Source: an uncultured Parcubacteria group bacterium (lineage in GTDB: Bacteria; Patescibacteriota; Patescibacteriia; UBA9934; CAMTUG01). Taken from it: a stretch of 64,000 bases of DNA. The DNA is taken from contig CAMTUG010000001.1 in NCBI GenBank assembly GCA_947084965.1, forward strand, positions 1,375 through 65,374. Direction: 5' to 3'. Under the pieces are notes generated by a model. The model searched no databases. It saw only the letters and a program-made list of their open reading frames with translations, and was not told where the DNA came from. The position numbers and the translations under genes are program-made. This document shows, piece after piece, positions 47,541-57,333 of the stretch. Within the stretch, counting starts at the first letter, position 1. Every line of letters starts with the position of its first letter.

Positions 47541-49268
47541 ATGATGAAGCGTATTTCTCTCATGCTCGCGTTACTCGCGGTTGCCATCGCTCCTTTTGCG
47601 CCTGGTATCGCTTCTGGTGATGAAACGGAGTGGACGGCTCTGACCGCCTCGCGCGCCTGGAGCTATGACGGCTTCCGCGTCGAGCGTTTGACCGAAAGCT
47701 CGACCAATCTCATGAAGCTCGGGGACACCCTCGTGCTCGTGAAGCGCGCCGCAGCCTGCTCTGGCTCGTGCGATCTTCGTGATCTGCTCTTGCTCGGCAA
47801 CGGCGGGACGATCACTGTAGAGAATGTACAGACGTCGGCGGTCGACTTGGCGCAGTTCGCCAAGAATGGAAACCGTCTGGTTTATGCGGAGGAATCTGGC
47901 AAGGAAGCGCGCTTCGACGTGATTGAAGTCGATCTTGCCACCGGCCAAAAGATCACCTTGCTTGATGATGCCTTTATTGGAAACGTCGAAGACGTGATGA
48001 TTACGGTTGACGGAGAGATGATTTACGCCACGGCTACGTATAATCACTCGTCCGACAGCGGAATGGTTCCGCAGTCCCAAGTGTTTGCTTACATGACCCG
48101 TTACGACAGCTTCAAGCCGATGTATGTACAGTGGAACTTGCGTTACGAAACGCTTGAAGACGTCGAAGACGGCCAGGCGATCGTGAAGATGACGTTCCCA
48201 GATGGGGAAGAGCAGCTTTGGGTTTATGACTTCATTGACTTTGGTGAACAGGAAGGTACAGCGATCGCTGATACCTGGACCCCTGAGCCGGAAGATATCG
48301 TCGGCGCCCACTTTGCTAAAGATGGTGACGTTGAATTCTTCCGCATGTATGCCCGCACCGTTGCCGATGAGTCCTTTGATTCAACGACCGTTACCACCGA
48401 TTATCTTTCTTGGTACCGCGAATTTGATCTGAATGACCTGAGTAACTTGGTGCAGATCAACGGTTCGTATATGGCCTACGTCACCCCAGAAAATGATCTC
48501 TATGTCTCAAACGGCGAATCAACGGCGTTCATCGCCAACATCGGCATGACCGGCACCTTCCGTTTGATGGAGGAAACGATCCTCTGGGAGAACGGTTCGA
48601 CAGGTGGAATCACCACCGTTGATGGGGTAATGGTTGAGTCCTTCGACTTCCGCCCGACGGATATTCTCGGAAACATCGTTGTTGGATTGACCGGCGCTGG
48701 TGACGTTTTCTACCGCGACATGTCTACAGACAATGAAATGACGATCGGTTTCGGTGGTGTCCCGTACATCGCCGATGCTCGCCACGTCTACTGGAAAGGC
48801 GAGGACGCCAAGTTGTATGAAGCGACGTTGTTGCTTGATACCGCGATGAATACCGCGGTTGGAACGCCGGTTAAAACAGCGAGCTCTCCGAAGGTGTATA
48901 TGTTGATTGGTGATGAAATCAGCTACATTCCGAACGAAACGATCTACCTTACATGGTACGAAACGTTTGCGGATGTGGTCGTGATCTCTGACACGCAGCT
49001 TGCAACGTACGACGAAGGCGACTCCGTTGGCTACAAGCCAGGAACGCTCGTCAAACTGGCCACTTCGTCCAAGATTTATGTCATCGGCGACGATCACAAG
49101 ATGCACTGGATCGTAAAGGCAGCGACCGCATCCGATTTGTACGGCGATGACTGGAGCGACCAGGTGGTTACCGTCTCCGCCCATGAGATGACCGACTACG
49201 GCTATGGCGCAAACATCGACAGCGAAAACTCCCTGGCCAAAACGGTCATGGTTGCCACGGTGAAGTAA
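47541..49268 (+). CDS. Secreted hypothetical protein, 575 aa
   Basis: Clear signal peptide (MMKRISLMLALLAVAIAPFAPGIASG). I recognise no domains. Confidence 0.55.
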   Translation: MMKRISLMLALLAVAIAPFAPGIASGDETEWTALTASRAWSYDGFRVERLTESSTNLMKLGDTLVLVKRAAACSGSCDLRDLLLLGNGGTITVENVQTSAVDLAQFAKNGNRLVYAEESGKEARFDVIEVDLATGQKITLLDDAFIGNVEDVMITVDGEMIYATATYNHSSDSGMVPQSQVFAYMTRYDSFKPMYVQWNLRYETLEDVEDGQAIVKMTFPDGEEQLWVYDFIDFGEQEGTAIADTWTPEPEDIVGAHFAKDGDVEFFRMYARTVADESFDSTTVTTDYLSWYREFDLNDLSNLVQINGSYMAYVTPENDLYVSNGESTAFIANIGMTGTFRLMEETILWENGSTGGITTVDGVMVESFDFRPTDILGNIVVGLTGAGDVFYRDMSTDNEMTIGFGGVPYIADARHVYWKGEDAKLYEATLLLDTAMNTAVGTPVKTASSPKVYMLIGDEISYIPNETIYLTWYETFADVVVISDTQLATYDEGDSVGYKPGTLVKLATSSKIYVIGDDHKMHWIVKAATASDLYGDDWSDQVVTVSAHEMTDYGYGANIDSENSLAKTVMVATVK

Positions 49269-49386
49269 AAAGAGAGAGGTGAGAGGAAAAAGGTTAGAAG
49301 AGAAGCAAAAGAGGCGGCGCTCATTGAGCGCTGCCTCTTCATTTCTCTTCTTTCTACTATCCTCTCACCTTTCCTATTTCCCAAAT

Positions 49387-49866
49387 CTATTTCATCCACG
49401 TTTCCTTCAACTTGCGGCGGAAGCCGGCCAGGAAGGAGAGGTTGCCGCGGCGGGTCTTGGCGGTTTTGACTACTTCGATTTTGGCGATGTTCGGTGAGGA
49501 CATCGGGAAGATCTTTTCGACCCCGACGCCGTTGCTCACCTTACGGATCGTCATTGAGCGGGAATCTTGCGACCCGCGAATGTTGGTGACCATCCCTTCG
49601 AAGACCTGAATACGTTCACGCTTTTCTCCTTTTGGCGAAACGTCATTGATCTTTTCGTGTAGACGGATCGTCATGCCGGAGCGGAGTTCGGAGAAGGGGA
49701 CCACTTTGACCTCAGCGTCGGCTGGGATCTCCTCAGTAGGAGTTTCCGCAGCAGGGGCTTCGGCTTCCGGAATCATCTCGACAGGAGCTTCCGCAGTCGC
49801 TTCGGTTTCGGCCGGGGTCGCTTCTGTTGGGGTTTCCTCCGTTGTTGGCTTTTGTTCGTCGGACAT
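49387..49866 (-). CDS. rplS: Ribosomal protein L19 with an about 55-aa acidic Thr/Glu/Ala/Pro-rich N-terminal extension
   Basis: The C-terminal part carries the L19 core (RIQVFEGMV...GVGVEKIFPMSSPNIAKIEV...RRGNLSFL). Confidence 0.8.
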   Translation of the reverse strand: MSDEQKPTTEETPTEATPAETEATAEAPVEMIPEAEAPAAETPTEEIPADAEVKVVPFSELRSGMTIRLHEKINDVSPKGEKRERIQVFEGMVTNIRGSQDSRSMTIRKVSNGVGVEKIFPMSSPNIAKIEVVKTAKTRRGNLSFLAGFRRKLKETWMK

Positions 49867-49935
49867 ATTCTGATTTATAGCTGGGGTACAGGACCCCGTA
49901 ACGTTCCGAGATAGTAGCGCAAACCCTGAAATTGG

Positions 49936-50505
49936 TCAACTCTTAGCCATTTCCTGCTCGAAAATGCCTCGAATGCGGTCGACGGTCTCTTCCAGTTTGC
50001 CTTCCGAGTTCTCAATGACATGGTCTGCTGTCTTGGCAAAAGCCATTTCCGCATTCAGTTCTTCGAAGCGCTTCTTCAAGTCCGCTTCGGTCCATTTGCC
50101 TCGTGATTTGATCCGTTCGACCAAAACTTCCTTTGATTCTGCAGTCAGGAATAGGGTGATGGCATCTGGGCGAGCTGTTTCGATCGTTTTTGCTCCGTTT
50201 ACATCGATAACGATCAGTGTTGCACCTCCTTCAGCGATTAACGCATCCACGTCTGTGTTTCGGCTCCCATAGAGATGTCCGTAATGTTCGTCCCACTCAA
50301 ACATCTCCCCGCTCGCCACGAGCCCCATGAAAGCATCTTTATCCAAGAAGTGATAATGGACGCCGTCAACTTCGCCTTCGCGCGGTTCACGCGTGGTACA
50401 GGTAACTAAACGCTTGAGGTTTGGGATCGCTTCGCGGAGCTTTTCAGCCACCGTCGTTTTTCCAACGCCGGATGGCCCGGTTAAGACAAACAGTTTTCCT
50501 TGCAT
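49936..50505 (-). CDS. gmk: Guanylate kinase
   Basis: P-loop GPSGVGKTT and guanylate-kinase motifs. Confidence 0.9.
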   Translation of the reverse strand: MQGKLFVLTGPSGVGKTTVAEKLREAIPNLKRLVTCTTREPREGEVDGVHYHFLDKDAFMGLVASGEMFEWDEHYGHLYGSRNTDVDALIAEGGATLIVIDVNGAKTIETARPDAITLFLTAESKEVLVERIKSRGKWTEADLKKRFEELNAEMAFAKTADHVIENSEGKLEETVDRIRGIFEQEMAKS

Positions 50506-50507
50506 AG

Positions 50508-51194
50508 TTATTTCCGTGCCAGATCTTTCAAAATAGCGGTCAGTTCTTCCGGCATCGGTGCTTCGAACGTTTTTTCTTCACCCGAGGGGAGTGTAAGAGT
50601 GAGTTTTTGGGCGTGCAAAAAGACACGACCAATATCCTTACGGTGTGTGCGTTTGATGTGATAGATCGGATCACCCATCAACGGGTGGCCGATGGCGTGG
50701 AAGTGCACACGAATCTGGTGGGTGCGTCCCGTTTCGATGCGCACCTGCATCAAGGTAAAGTTTTTAAAACGGTCGAGCACTTCCCAATACGTCTTGGCTT
50801 CGCGCCCCGCTTGCGTATCCGGTCGGGCGACCATCCGTGCCTTCGGTCGTGATCGAGCGATGACCAAGTGGATCTCACCTTCATCCTTCATGATCTTCCC
50901 GTGCACCAGGGCGATGTATTGTTTGTGCATCGTACGCTCCACGAACTGTTTTTTTAAAAACTCATACGCCGCCTGATTGCGGGCCACGACCATCACCCCC
51001 GAGACATCTTGGTCTAGCCGGTGGATGATCCCTGGACGGTCTGGGTGCTCGCCAACCCCCTTCACTTCTGGAAATTCTTTTAACAACAGATCGGCGAGCG
51101 TGACCTCATCTTTACCTTCAGCACGATGAACCAAGAGCCCAGCGGGCTTGTTGAGAACGAGAACGTCTTTGTCTTGGTAGATGATATTTAGCAC
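50508..51194 (-). CDS. RluA-family pseudouridine synthase
   Basis: HRLDQDVSGVMVVARN catalytic Asp motif. Confidence 0.85.
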   Translation of the reverse strand: MLNIIYQDKDVLVLNKPAGLLVHRAEGKDEVTLADLLLKEFPEVKGVGEHPDRPGIIHRLDQDVSGVMVVARNQAAYEFLKKQFVERTMHKQYIALVHGKIMKDEGEIHLVIARSRPKARMVARPDTQAGREAKTYWEVLDRFKNFTLMQVRIETGRTHQIRVHFHAIGHPLMGDPIYHIKRTHRKDIGRVFLHAQKLTLTLPSGEEKTFEAPMPEELTAILKDLARK

Positions 51195-51236
51195 AGCATT
51201 TCTGTTTTTCGGTTTTTTCGTTTTCGGTTTTTATTC

Positions 51237-51312
51237 TGGTAGGCCCGGATGGACTCGAACCATCGACCCGGCGTGTATAAGACGCCTGCTCTGACCAACT
51301 GAGCTACGGGCC
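51237..51312 (-). tRNA. tRNA-Ile(TAT); the anticodon UAU reads AUA
   Basis: Cloverleaf AGGCCCG-TA-GCTCAGTTGGTCAGAGC-A-GGCGT-CTTATAC-ACGCC-GGGTC-GATGGTTCGAGTCCATC-CGGGCCT-ACCA. U33 and A37 are present. The anticodon 34-36 is TAT. Confidence 0.75.
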
Positions 51313-51368
51313 TATAATCTCATGCGCCTTGATCTTGCCTGAAAAATCAGATAAACTCAAGGGGCTCT

Positions 51369-51803
51369 ATGTCATTTCAGGTCGCGCTCTCCGTCATCAC
51401 CTTTCTGCTCTACTGGATTTTTGGCGGAGTGGTTTTTTCTATTATCACCGCCTTACGTTTGGGACGCGTACAAAAGACACGATTCGGCTGTCTCTTTTCT
51501 GCTGTTTCCCTTGGTTTGGCGATCATTGCCGCCGCGTCGGGGATCGCACTCGCAGAGAGAGATATCGCCCGTTGCCAACTTTCCCCGGAGCGATGGGTTT
51601 CCTGGATCGAGTCCTTCGCCTGCGGCATCATTCCGATCATGTCCGTGATGTTCATCGGATTCTTGATTCTAGTTCTCGTGGGAACGTTTTTGATGTATAT
51701 CTCAACGATCACGGAACAGGAACAACCTGAGTGGATCGGGCAAGCGATCCCCGAAGAAGAGGAAGAATCCACCACGGAACAGGACCACACGATAAACAAA
51801 TAA
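51369..51803 (+). CDS. Hypothetical membrane protein with an acidic C-terminus
   Basis: 144 aa with 3-4 hydrophobic helices. A terminator hairpin lies at 51806-51827. Confidence 0.5.
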   Translation: MSFQVALSVITFLLYWIFGGVVFSIITALRLGRVQKTRFGCLFSAVSLGLAIIAAASGIALAERDIARCQLSPERWVSWIESFACGIIPIMSVMFIGFLILVLVGTFLMYISTITEQEQPEWIGQAIPEEEEESTTEQDHTINK

Positions 51804-51827
51804 CCCCCGCGAAATGCGAGGGGTATT

Positions 51828-51904
51828 TGGTGGGCGGCAGAGGATTCGAACCTCTGACCTTCACAATGTCAATGTGACGCTCTAACCAACTGAGCTAGCC
51901 GCCC
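51828..51904 (-). tRNA. tRNA-Val(GAC)
   Basis: Acceptor stem GGGCGGC/GCCGCCC, anticodon loop TTGACAT, T-loop TTCGAAT, CCA encoded. Confidence 0.9.
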
Positions 51905-51941
51905 GTGGTGGGCAAAACTATACACAATAGGACGCGGCCGG

Positions 51942-53237
51942 TCAAGATTCTTGCGATTTGTGCAAAAAGGTCAGAGCTTCTGTTTTGTTGGTAATCAGGC
52001 CTGCCATCTGAGCATCGCGAACACGATCAATCATCGCGCGAAATTCCGGACCAGGAGTGAATCCGGCCGCAATCAAATCTTCCCCACTGACGAGTTCTGG
52101 GATCTCTGTTCCAAATTGGGCACGAAGAGCAGAAACACGCTCTCGTACGCTCTGGAGCTTTTCTTTTTTTACGGTGCCGGTGATCATCATCAGGTCGAGG
52201 AGTTCTGCCCCGCGGTCGGTGAGGAAGAGTTTTTCAAACATGGATCCGGGCATCGCTTTCGGATCTTCGATCACATCAAGCACGTGGGCCGAACGCAGGA
52301 GCCAGAGAACGGTATCGTCGTCGATGTGCAGACGGTGTTCACGCGGGAGTTGATGAAAACGGTAGCTTGAGAGGATCGTGCGAGCGTCTTCTGGGGTTGT
52401 CGTAGAAAGGAGGAGAGCGACGAGGAGATTGGGCGAAAGGGCACTCACTTCACCGACACGTTCTAAGGCGCGCTGCGTGTCGATCGAAGGGAAGAGCAAC
52501 TCGGTTAGGCCAACGTCTTGATATTTCACGAGCGTGCAGGCAGGATCGGCAAGAAATGACTTGATAAATTCGCGACCAATCGTGTCACGAGCGATGACCC
52601 ATTGGCCACTCTCGTTTTTATCGTTGAGATGGTGGGCCAACGCGCGCATCGCCCGCCAGGTTCGCTCCTCAATATGAAACGAAAGGGAACAAGAAAAACG
52701 GATCGCGCGCAGGATGCGGGTCAGATCTTCTTTAAAACGATCTTCGGCAACACCGACGGCACGGATCACTTTGGCTTCGAGATCGCGCCGGCCATGGTAG
52801 GGATCGATGATCACCTGTGTACGTTCATCGCGAGCCATGGCATTGATGGTGAAGTCGCGACGGGAAAGATCCATTTCAATCGGTAGGTCCATCCGCGCTT
52901 CAATTTCAAATTCACGATATCCGCCGCGTGAATCTGGCAGAGCACTTTCTGTTCGTGGGAGGGCGATATCAATGACGGTGTCTGTGCCGGCGTAAATAAA
53001 CTTGTAGACCCCGAACGCGGTTCCGACAAAATCCACTTGACCGTGGGCCGCAAGCCAGGTTTCAAGTTCCGGCTTTTGCATTCCTCGGACGACATAGTCA
53101 AAATCCTTGGTTTTGCGACCAAGGAGATTGTCTCGCACCGCCCCACCAACGAGATACAGTTCTGCCTCCGGGTGATCGTGTAAAAATGATGAAATCCAGT
53201 CCTCCATACCATGAGCGATCATCGATCGCCCCGCCAT
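51942..53237 (-). CDS. cca: tRNA nucleotidyltransferase (CCA-adding enzyme / poly(A) polymerase family)
   Basis: LVGGAVRDNLLGRKTKDFDYVV (the nucleotidyltransferase head motif GGxVRD...DxD). Confidence 0.8.
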   Translation of the reverse strand: MAGRSMIAHGMEDWISSFLHDHPEAELYLVGGAVRDNLLGRKTKDFDYVVRGMQKPELETWLAAHGQVDFVGTAFGVYKFIYAGTDTVIDIALPRTESALPDSRGGYREFEIEARMDLPIEMDLSRRDFTINAMARDERTQVIIDPYHGRRDLEAKVIRAVGVAEDRFKEDLTRILRAIRFSCSLSFHIEERTWRAMRALAHHLNDKNESGQWVIARDTIGREFIKSFLADPACTLVKYQDVGLTELLFPSIDTQRALERVGEVSALSPNLLVALLLSTTTPEDARTILSSYRFHQLPREHRLHIDDDTVLWLLRSAHVLDVIEDPKAMPGSMFEKLFLTDRGAELLDLMMITGTVKKEKLQSVRERVSALRAQFGTEIPELVSGEDLIAAGFTPGPEFRAMIDRVRDAQMAGLITNKTEALTFLHKSQES

Positions 53238-53243
53238 TGTACC

Positions 53244-54410
53244 TTACTTTGGCATCGTTGTGAGGATCTTCTGCTCCGCTTCAATTAAGTTCATCGTGGT
53301 TAGGCAGATGCGAGCTTCGTCTGTCGTGCCGACGGGATCAAAAGCACCGAGAAGTTTTAGGGCGCTGGTTGGTGGTGTCGTCCGTAAAATACCGCAGATG
53401 TGATGATCGCTGTTTTCATAGAGGATGAGAACACGCTCTGCTTCAGGGGAGGAAGCGATCAGTTCGTCAATCACTTCTGGGAGATCAACTTCCTGGGCGC
53501 CGGCGTGCAAAAAGTCTTGAGCCGAAAGCAAGGTCCAAACGAACTTTTGTTCTGGATCGGCTTTCAGTCGCGCCAGCGCCCGACCCCACAGGCGTAACGT
53601 GGCGACCGACCGAGTGCGGTACAGATGATGAATGATCTCTTCGCGCTTTCCGCCGAGTCCGACGAGCGTCGAGGCGGCGGCGAGTGTTTTTGGGGTGACG
53701 TTGCGCGTTTTAAAACTTTTTGTTTTGGCGATCATTCCAGTTAAAAAGTGGGTGGCGATACTAGCGTCCACGAGCGATGGATCGATTGAGCTAACGACAT
53801 CATGACAGACTTCACCACACGATGCCGCAGTCACGTCGATTGCGTTGATCGCCCCGTAATGTTCGTTGGCGGCGGCATGATCAATGTTGATGATCGGCGT
53901 GCGATAGAAAAAGTCGGCGTAGTCCTGGAAGAGACGTCCGCATCCCGGTAGATCAGACGAGCCGATGCAGATCAAGACGTCGTAGCGATAGTTCCCTGGG
54001 CGGACCTGGACGTGATGCTCTTTCCACACACCAGACTTGGGGGCGACGTGAATCTGTAGTTTACCTTCGTTCACACTGTGGCGAATCGAGTGTTCATCGG
54101 CAACGTCGAGCGGGAGTTCGATCGTCAGTTCGTGCAATCCTGGGATGTCGTTGTACACGAGGTGCTCACCTTTTAACGCCTGCATCGCCTTGGGTATGGT
54201 GGCAATCGTGGCGATCACCGCATCCTTATCCATCTTCTTCAGCGCTTCCTTTAAACCAAAAGCCGAGGCGTAATGATCAACGCCCGCGGCTTCGGGTAGC
54301 ACAATCAAAGGCCGGCTGGACCGTTTGATCATTTCGTGGAGTTGTTGGTTTTGGTTCAAGGACACATGCCTGTTTGCGAAATCGACCCCGCTTAGGCGGA
54401 GTGACGGCAA
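53244..54410 (-). CDS. DHH-family phosphoesterase (NrnA-like)
   Basis: DHH-like motif IINIDHAAANEHYG and a DHHA1-like C-terminus. Confidence 0.6.
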   Translation of the reverse strand: MPSLRLSGVDFANRHVSLNQNQQLHEMIKRSSRPLIVLPEAAGVDHYASAFGLKEALKKMDKDAVIATIATIPKAMQALKGEHLVYNDIPGLHELTIELPLDVADEHSIRHSVNEGKLQIHVAPKSGVWKEHHVQVRPGNYRYDVLICIGSSDLPGCGRLFQDYADFFYRTPIINIDHAAANEHYGAINAIDVTAASCGEVCHDVVSSIDPSLVDASIATHFLTGMIAKTKSFKTRNVTPKTLAAASTLVGLGGKREEIIHHLYRTRSVATLRLWGRALARLKADPEQKFVWTLLSAQDFLHAGAQEVDLPEVIDELIASSPEAERVLILYENSDHHICGILRTTPPTSALKLLGAFDPVGTTDEARICLTTMNLIEAEQKILTTMPK

Positions 54411-54494
54411 GCATGAGGATTGCCTATCTTGCCACGCGCTTTAAGGGCCGTCAAGCCCTTGCCCTTTCGGGAATTGATTGTTAGGATAGATTCG

Positions 54495-54678
54495 TAAAGG
54501 CGATGACGCTGATGTCACAGCTGAGCCGGAAGAAGAGCCCTCTCGCAAAGGGTCGTAGACCTTCCCGGGTGCGCCCGTCAACGCGCTTCGCCCCTGTGGC
54601 GACTAAGGTTCGGTCGGGAACGATCGAATGAAGTAAGGTGGTAACGCGGAATTTTCCGCCCTTACAAACGCATCAGAT
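54495..54678 (+). promoter_or_regulatory. Probable T-box leader for the valS-tyrS-argS operon
   Basis: AAGTAAGGTGGTAACGCGG at 54629-54650 matches 15 of 19 positions of the T-box consensus AAUUAGGGUGGUACCGCGG. Competing hairpins lie downstream. A TTGCCC-N17-TAGGAT promoter lies upstream. There is a GATGA K-turn-like element. Confidence 0.5.
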
Positions 54679-54711
54679 TTGCTGATGGTTTGTAGGGGTG
54701 TTTTCATTTTT

Positions 54712-57318
54712 ATGGCTAAACAAGAGATCTCTAAAGCGTACGATCCCAAGCTCCACGAAGACGGCACCTATGCCGCCTGGGAAGCGAGCGGGTTTTTTAA
54801 TCCAGACAACTTGCCGGGGGAGCGTAAGGAGACGTTCTCGATCGTCTTGCCCCCACCAAACGTGACCGGCACGCTGCACATGGGGCACGCCGTGATGCTT
54901 GCGATCGAAGACATCATGGTCCGCTTTGCGCGGATGCAAGGGAAGAAAGCGCTTTGGTTACCAGGCACGGATCACGCCGCGATCGCCACCTCAACCAAAG
55001 TCGAGGGGATCATTTTTAAAGAAGAGAAGAAGACGCGCCATGATTTGGGACGCGAAGAGTTTTTGCGTCGCGTTGAAAAATTCGCCCAGGATTCGCATGA
55101 CACGATTGTGGGTCAGTGCCGCAAGATGGGCGCTTCGCTTGATTGGTCGCGCGAGGCATACACGCTCGACGCTGCTCGCAATCGTGCGGTGAACACAGCA
55201 TTTAAAAAGATGTACGACGATGGGTTGATTTATCGCGGTCACCGCGTGGTGAATTGGGATCCTATCGGCCAGACAACGATCAGTGATATTGAGATTGTTT
55301 ATAAAGAAGTCGAGGCGACACTTTACACCTTCAAGTACAGCAAAGATTTTCCGATCGCTGTTTCTTCAACGCGACCAGAGACGAAGGTGGGGGATACGGC
55401 TGTGGCGGTGCATCCTTCTGACGAACGCTACGCGCATCTTGTTGGCAAGACGTTTGAGAATATCCCGTTTGCTGGATCTACGATTACTATTACGATCGTA
55501 GCCGACGAGTCCGTTGATCCGAAGTTTGGTACAGGTGCCCTTGGGGTCACGCCGGCCCACAGCTTGATCGATGCCGACATCGCCACCCGCCATAAACTCG
55601 CTATGCGTCAGGTGATCGGTGAAGACGGCAGGATGACAGCCGAAGCCGGGTCACTTGTTGTTGGAATGACGGTGAACGAAGCGCGTGCTGCGGTTGTTGC
55701 CTGGCTCAATGAACAAGGGTTGATCGAAGGCGAAGAAAAGACGATGCAGAACTTGGCGACGGCTGAACGTTCGGGCGGGGTGATCGAACCGATCCCCATG
55801 CTCCAGTGGTTTATTGACGTTAATAAGCCGTTTGGACGCGGAACGATTAAATCGTTGACGCAGGACGCGGTGCGATCAGGAAAGATCAACATCATCCCAG
55901 AGCGGTTTGCGAAGTCGTACTTTGACTGGGCAGACAACTTGCGTGACTGGTGCATTAGCCGCCAGCTTTGGTACGGGCACCGCATTCCGGCGTGGTATCG
56001 CGGGGAAGAAGTTTTTGTTGGTACAGAAGCGCCAACAGGAGAAGGATGGACTCAAGACCCCGACACCCTCGACACCTGGTTCTCGGCAGGGATGTGGACG
56101 TTTACCACGCTCGGGTGGCCAGACGAAACGGCTGACCTGAAGACGTATCACCCAACCACGATCCTCGAAACGGGGTATGACATTTTGACGTTCTGGGTGG
56201 TACGTATGGTGATGATGACCACCTACCTCATGAACGAGGTGCCGTTCAAAACGGTCTACCTCCACGGCTTGGTGCGTGATGAGAAGGGGAGAAAGATGAG
56301 TAAGTCGCTCGACAACATCATCAATCCGCTCGACATGATTGAAAAGTACGGCGCGGACGCCACGCGTCTATCTTTGGTGATCGGCTCAACTCCTGGCAAC
56401 GACTCGAAGTTGTCGGAAGAAAAGATCGCTGGCTATCGCAACTTTACCAACAAGCTCTGGAACATTTCGCGCTTTGTGTTGTCGAGTGTGGGGACGCTGG
56501 ATGACCGTCCAGGGGAGTCGGTGACCCTTGCTGACCGCTGGATCCTCGGCCGATTGTCCGAAGTGACGGCCAAAGTCACTGGGCACCTTGAACGTCACGA
56601 AATCTCGATCGCCGGAGAAACATTGCGCGATTTCACTTGGAATGATTTTGCGGACTGGTATCTCGAAATCGCCAAGATGCAGAAGTCTGAAAACACGGAT
56701 CGTATTTTGGTGCATGTGCTTACCAACGTTCTTAAGCTCTGGCATCCGTTCATGCCGTTTGTGACCGAAGCGATCTGGAAAGAGATGGGTAAGAGTGAGT
56801 TCTTGATGATCTCAGAATGGCCAATATCTGGAGCCGTGTCTGATGAGAACACAGCAAAGAGTTTCGTCTTGATGCAGGAGGTGATCGCTTCCATTCGTAA
56901 TCTCCGTGCTGAATACCAAGTGGAGCCAGCGAAGATGATCAGTGTCGTTCTGGCCGACGCGGGTATGCACGCAGTTCTTGAGTCGCAAGCCGAGGTGATT
57001 AAACATCTCGCGCGTGTGGACTCACTGACCATTCAATCCAAAGCCGAAGCTCCGGAAGGATCAGTCTCGGCCGTTTGTGGAACGACGCAAATCTTCGTTC
57101 CACTCTCAGGGCTCGTTGATCCGGTGAAAGAAAAGGTACGACTCACCAAAGAACTTGATGAAGCGAAAGCGTACGCTACCTCGCTCGAAGGGAAGCTTGG
57201 TAATCAGGAGTTTGTCGGCAAGGCACCGGCGCAGGTCGTTGATAAGATGAAACAGAACTTGGCCGAAGCGGTCGATCGGGTTAAGGCGATCCAAACGCAG
57301 CTCTCGGCGCTGTCGTGA
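54712..57318 (+). CDS. valS: Valyl-tRNA synthetase
   Basis: HMGHAV (HIGH), KMSKS and a C-terminal coiled coil. I chose the internal ATG (MAKQEISKAYDPK). Confidence 0.95.
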   Translation: MAKQEISKAYDPKLHEDGTYAAWEASGFFNPDNLPGERKETFSIVLPPPNVTGTLHMGHAVMLAIEDIMVRFARMQGKKALWLPGTDHAAIATSTKVEGIIFKEEKKTRHDLGREEFLRRVEKFAQDSHDTIVGQCRKMGASLDWSREAYTLDAARNRAVNTAFKKMYDDGLIYRGHRVVNWDPIGQTTISDIEIVYKEVEATLYTFKYSKDFPIAVSSTRPETKVGDTAVAVHPSDERYAHLVGKTFENIPFAGSTITITIVADESVDPKFGTGALGVTPAHSLIDADIATRHKLAMRQVIGEDGRMTAEAGSLVVGMTVNEARAAVVAWLNEQGLIEGEEKTMQNLATAERSGGVIEPIPMLQWFIDVNKPFGRGTIKSLTQDAVRSGKINIIPERFAKSYFDWADNLRDWCISRQLWYGHRIPAWYRGEEVFVGTEAPTGEGWTQDPDTLDTWFSAGMWTFTTLGWPDETADLKTYHPTTILETGYDILTFWVVRMVMMTTYLMNEVPFKTVYLHGLVRDEKGRKMSKSLDNIINPLDMIEKYGADATRLSLVIGSTPGNDSKLSEEKIAGYRNFTNKLWNISRFVLSSVGTLDDRPGESVTLADRWILGRLSEVTAKVTGHLERHEISIAGETLRDFTWNDFADWYLEIAKMQKSENTDRILVHVLTNVLKLWHPFMPFVTEAIWKEMGKSEFLMISEWPISGAVSDENTAKSFVLMQEVIASIRNLRAEYQVEPAKMISVVLADAGMHAVLESQAEVIKHLARVDSLTIQSKAEAPEGSVSAVCGTTQIFVPLSGLVDPVKEKVRLTKELDEAKAYATSLEGKLGNQEFVGKAPAQVVDKMKQNLAEAVDRVKAIQTQLSALS

Positions 57319-57333
57319 TACAATGAAAGCATT

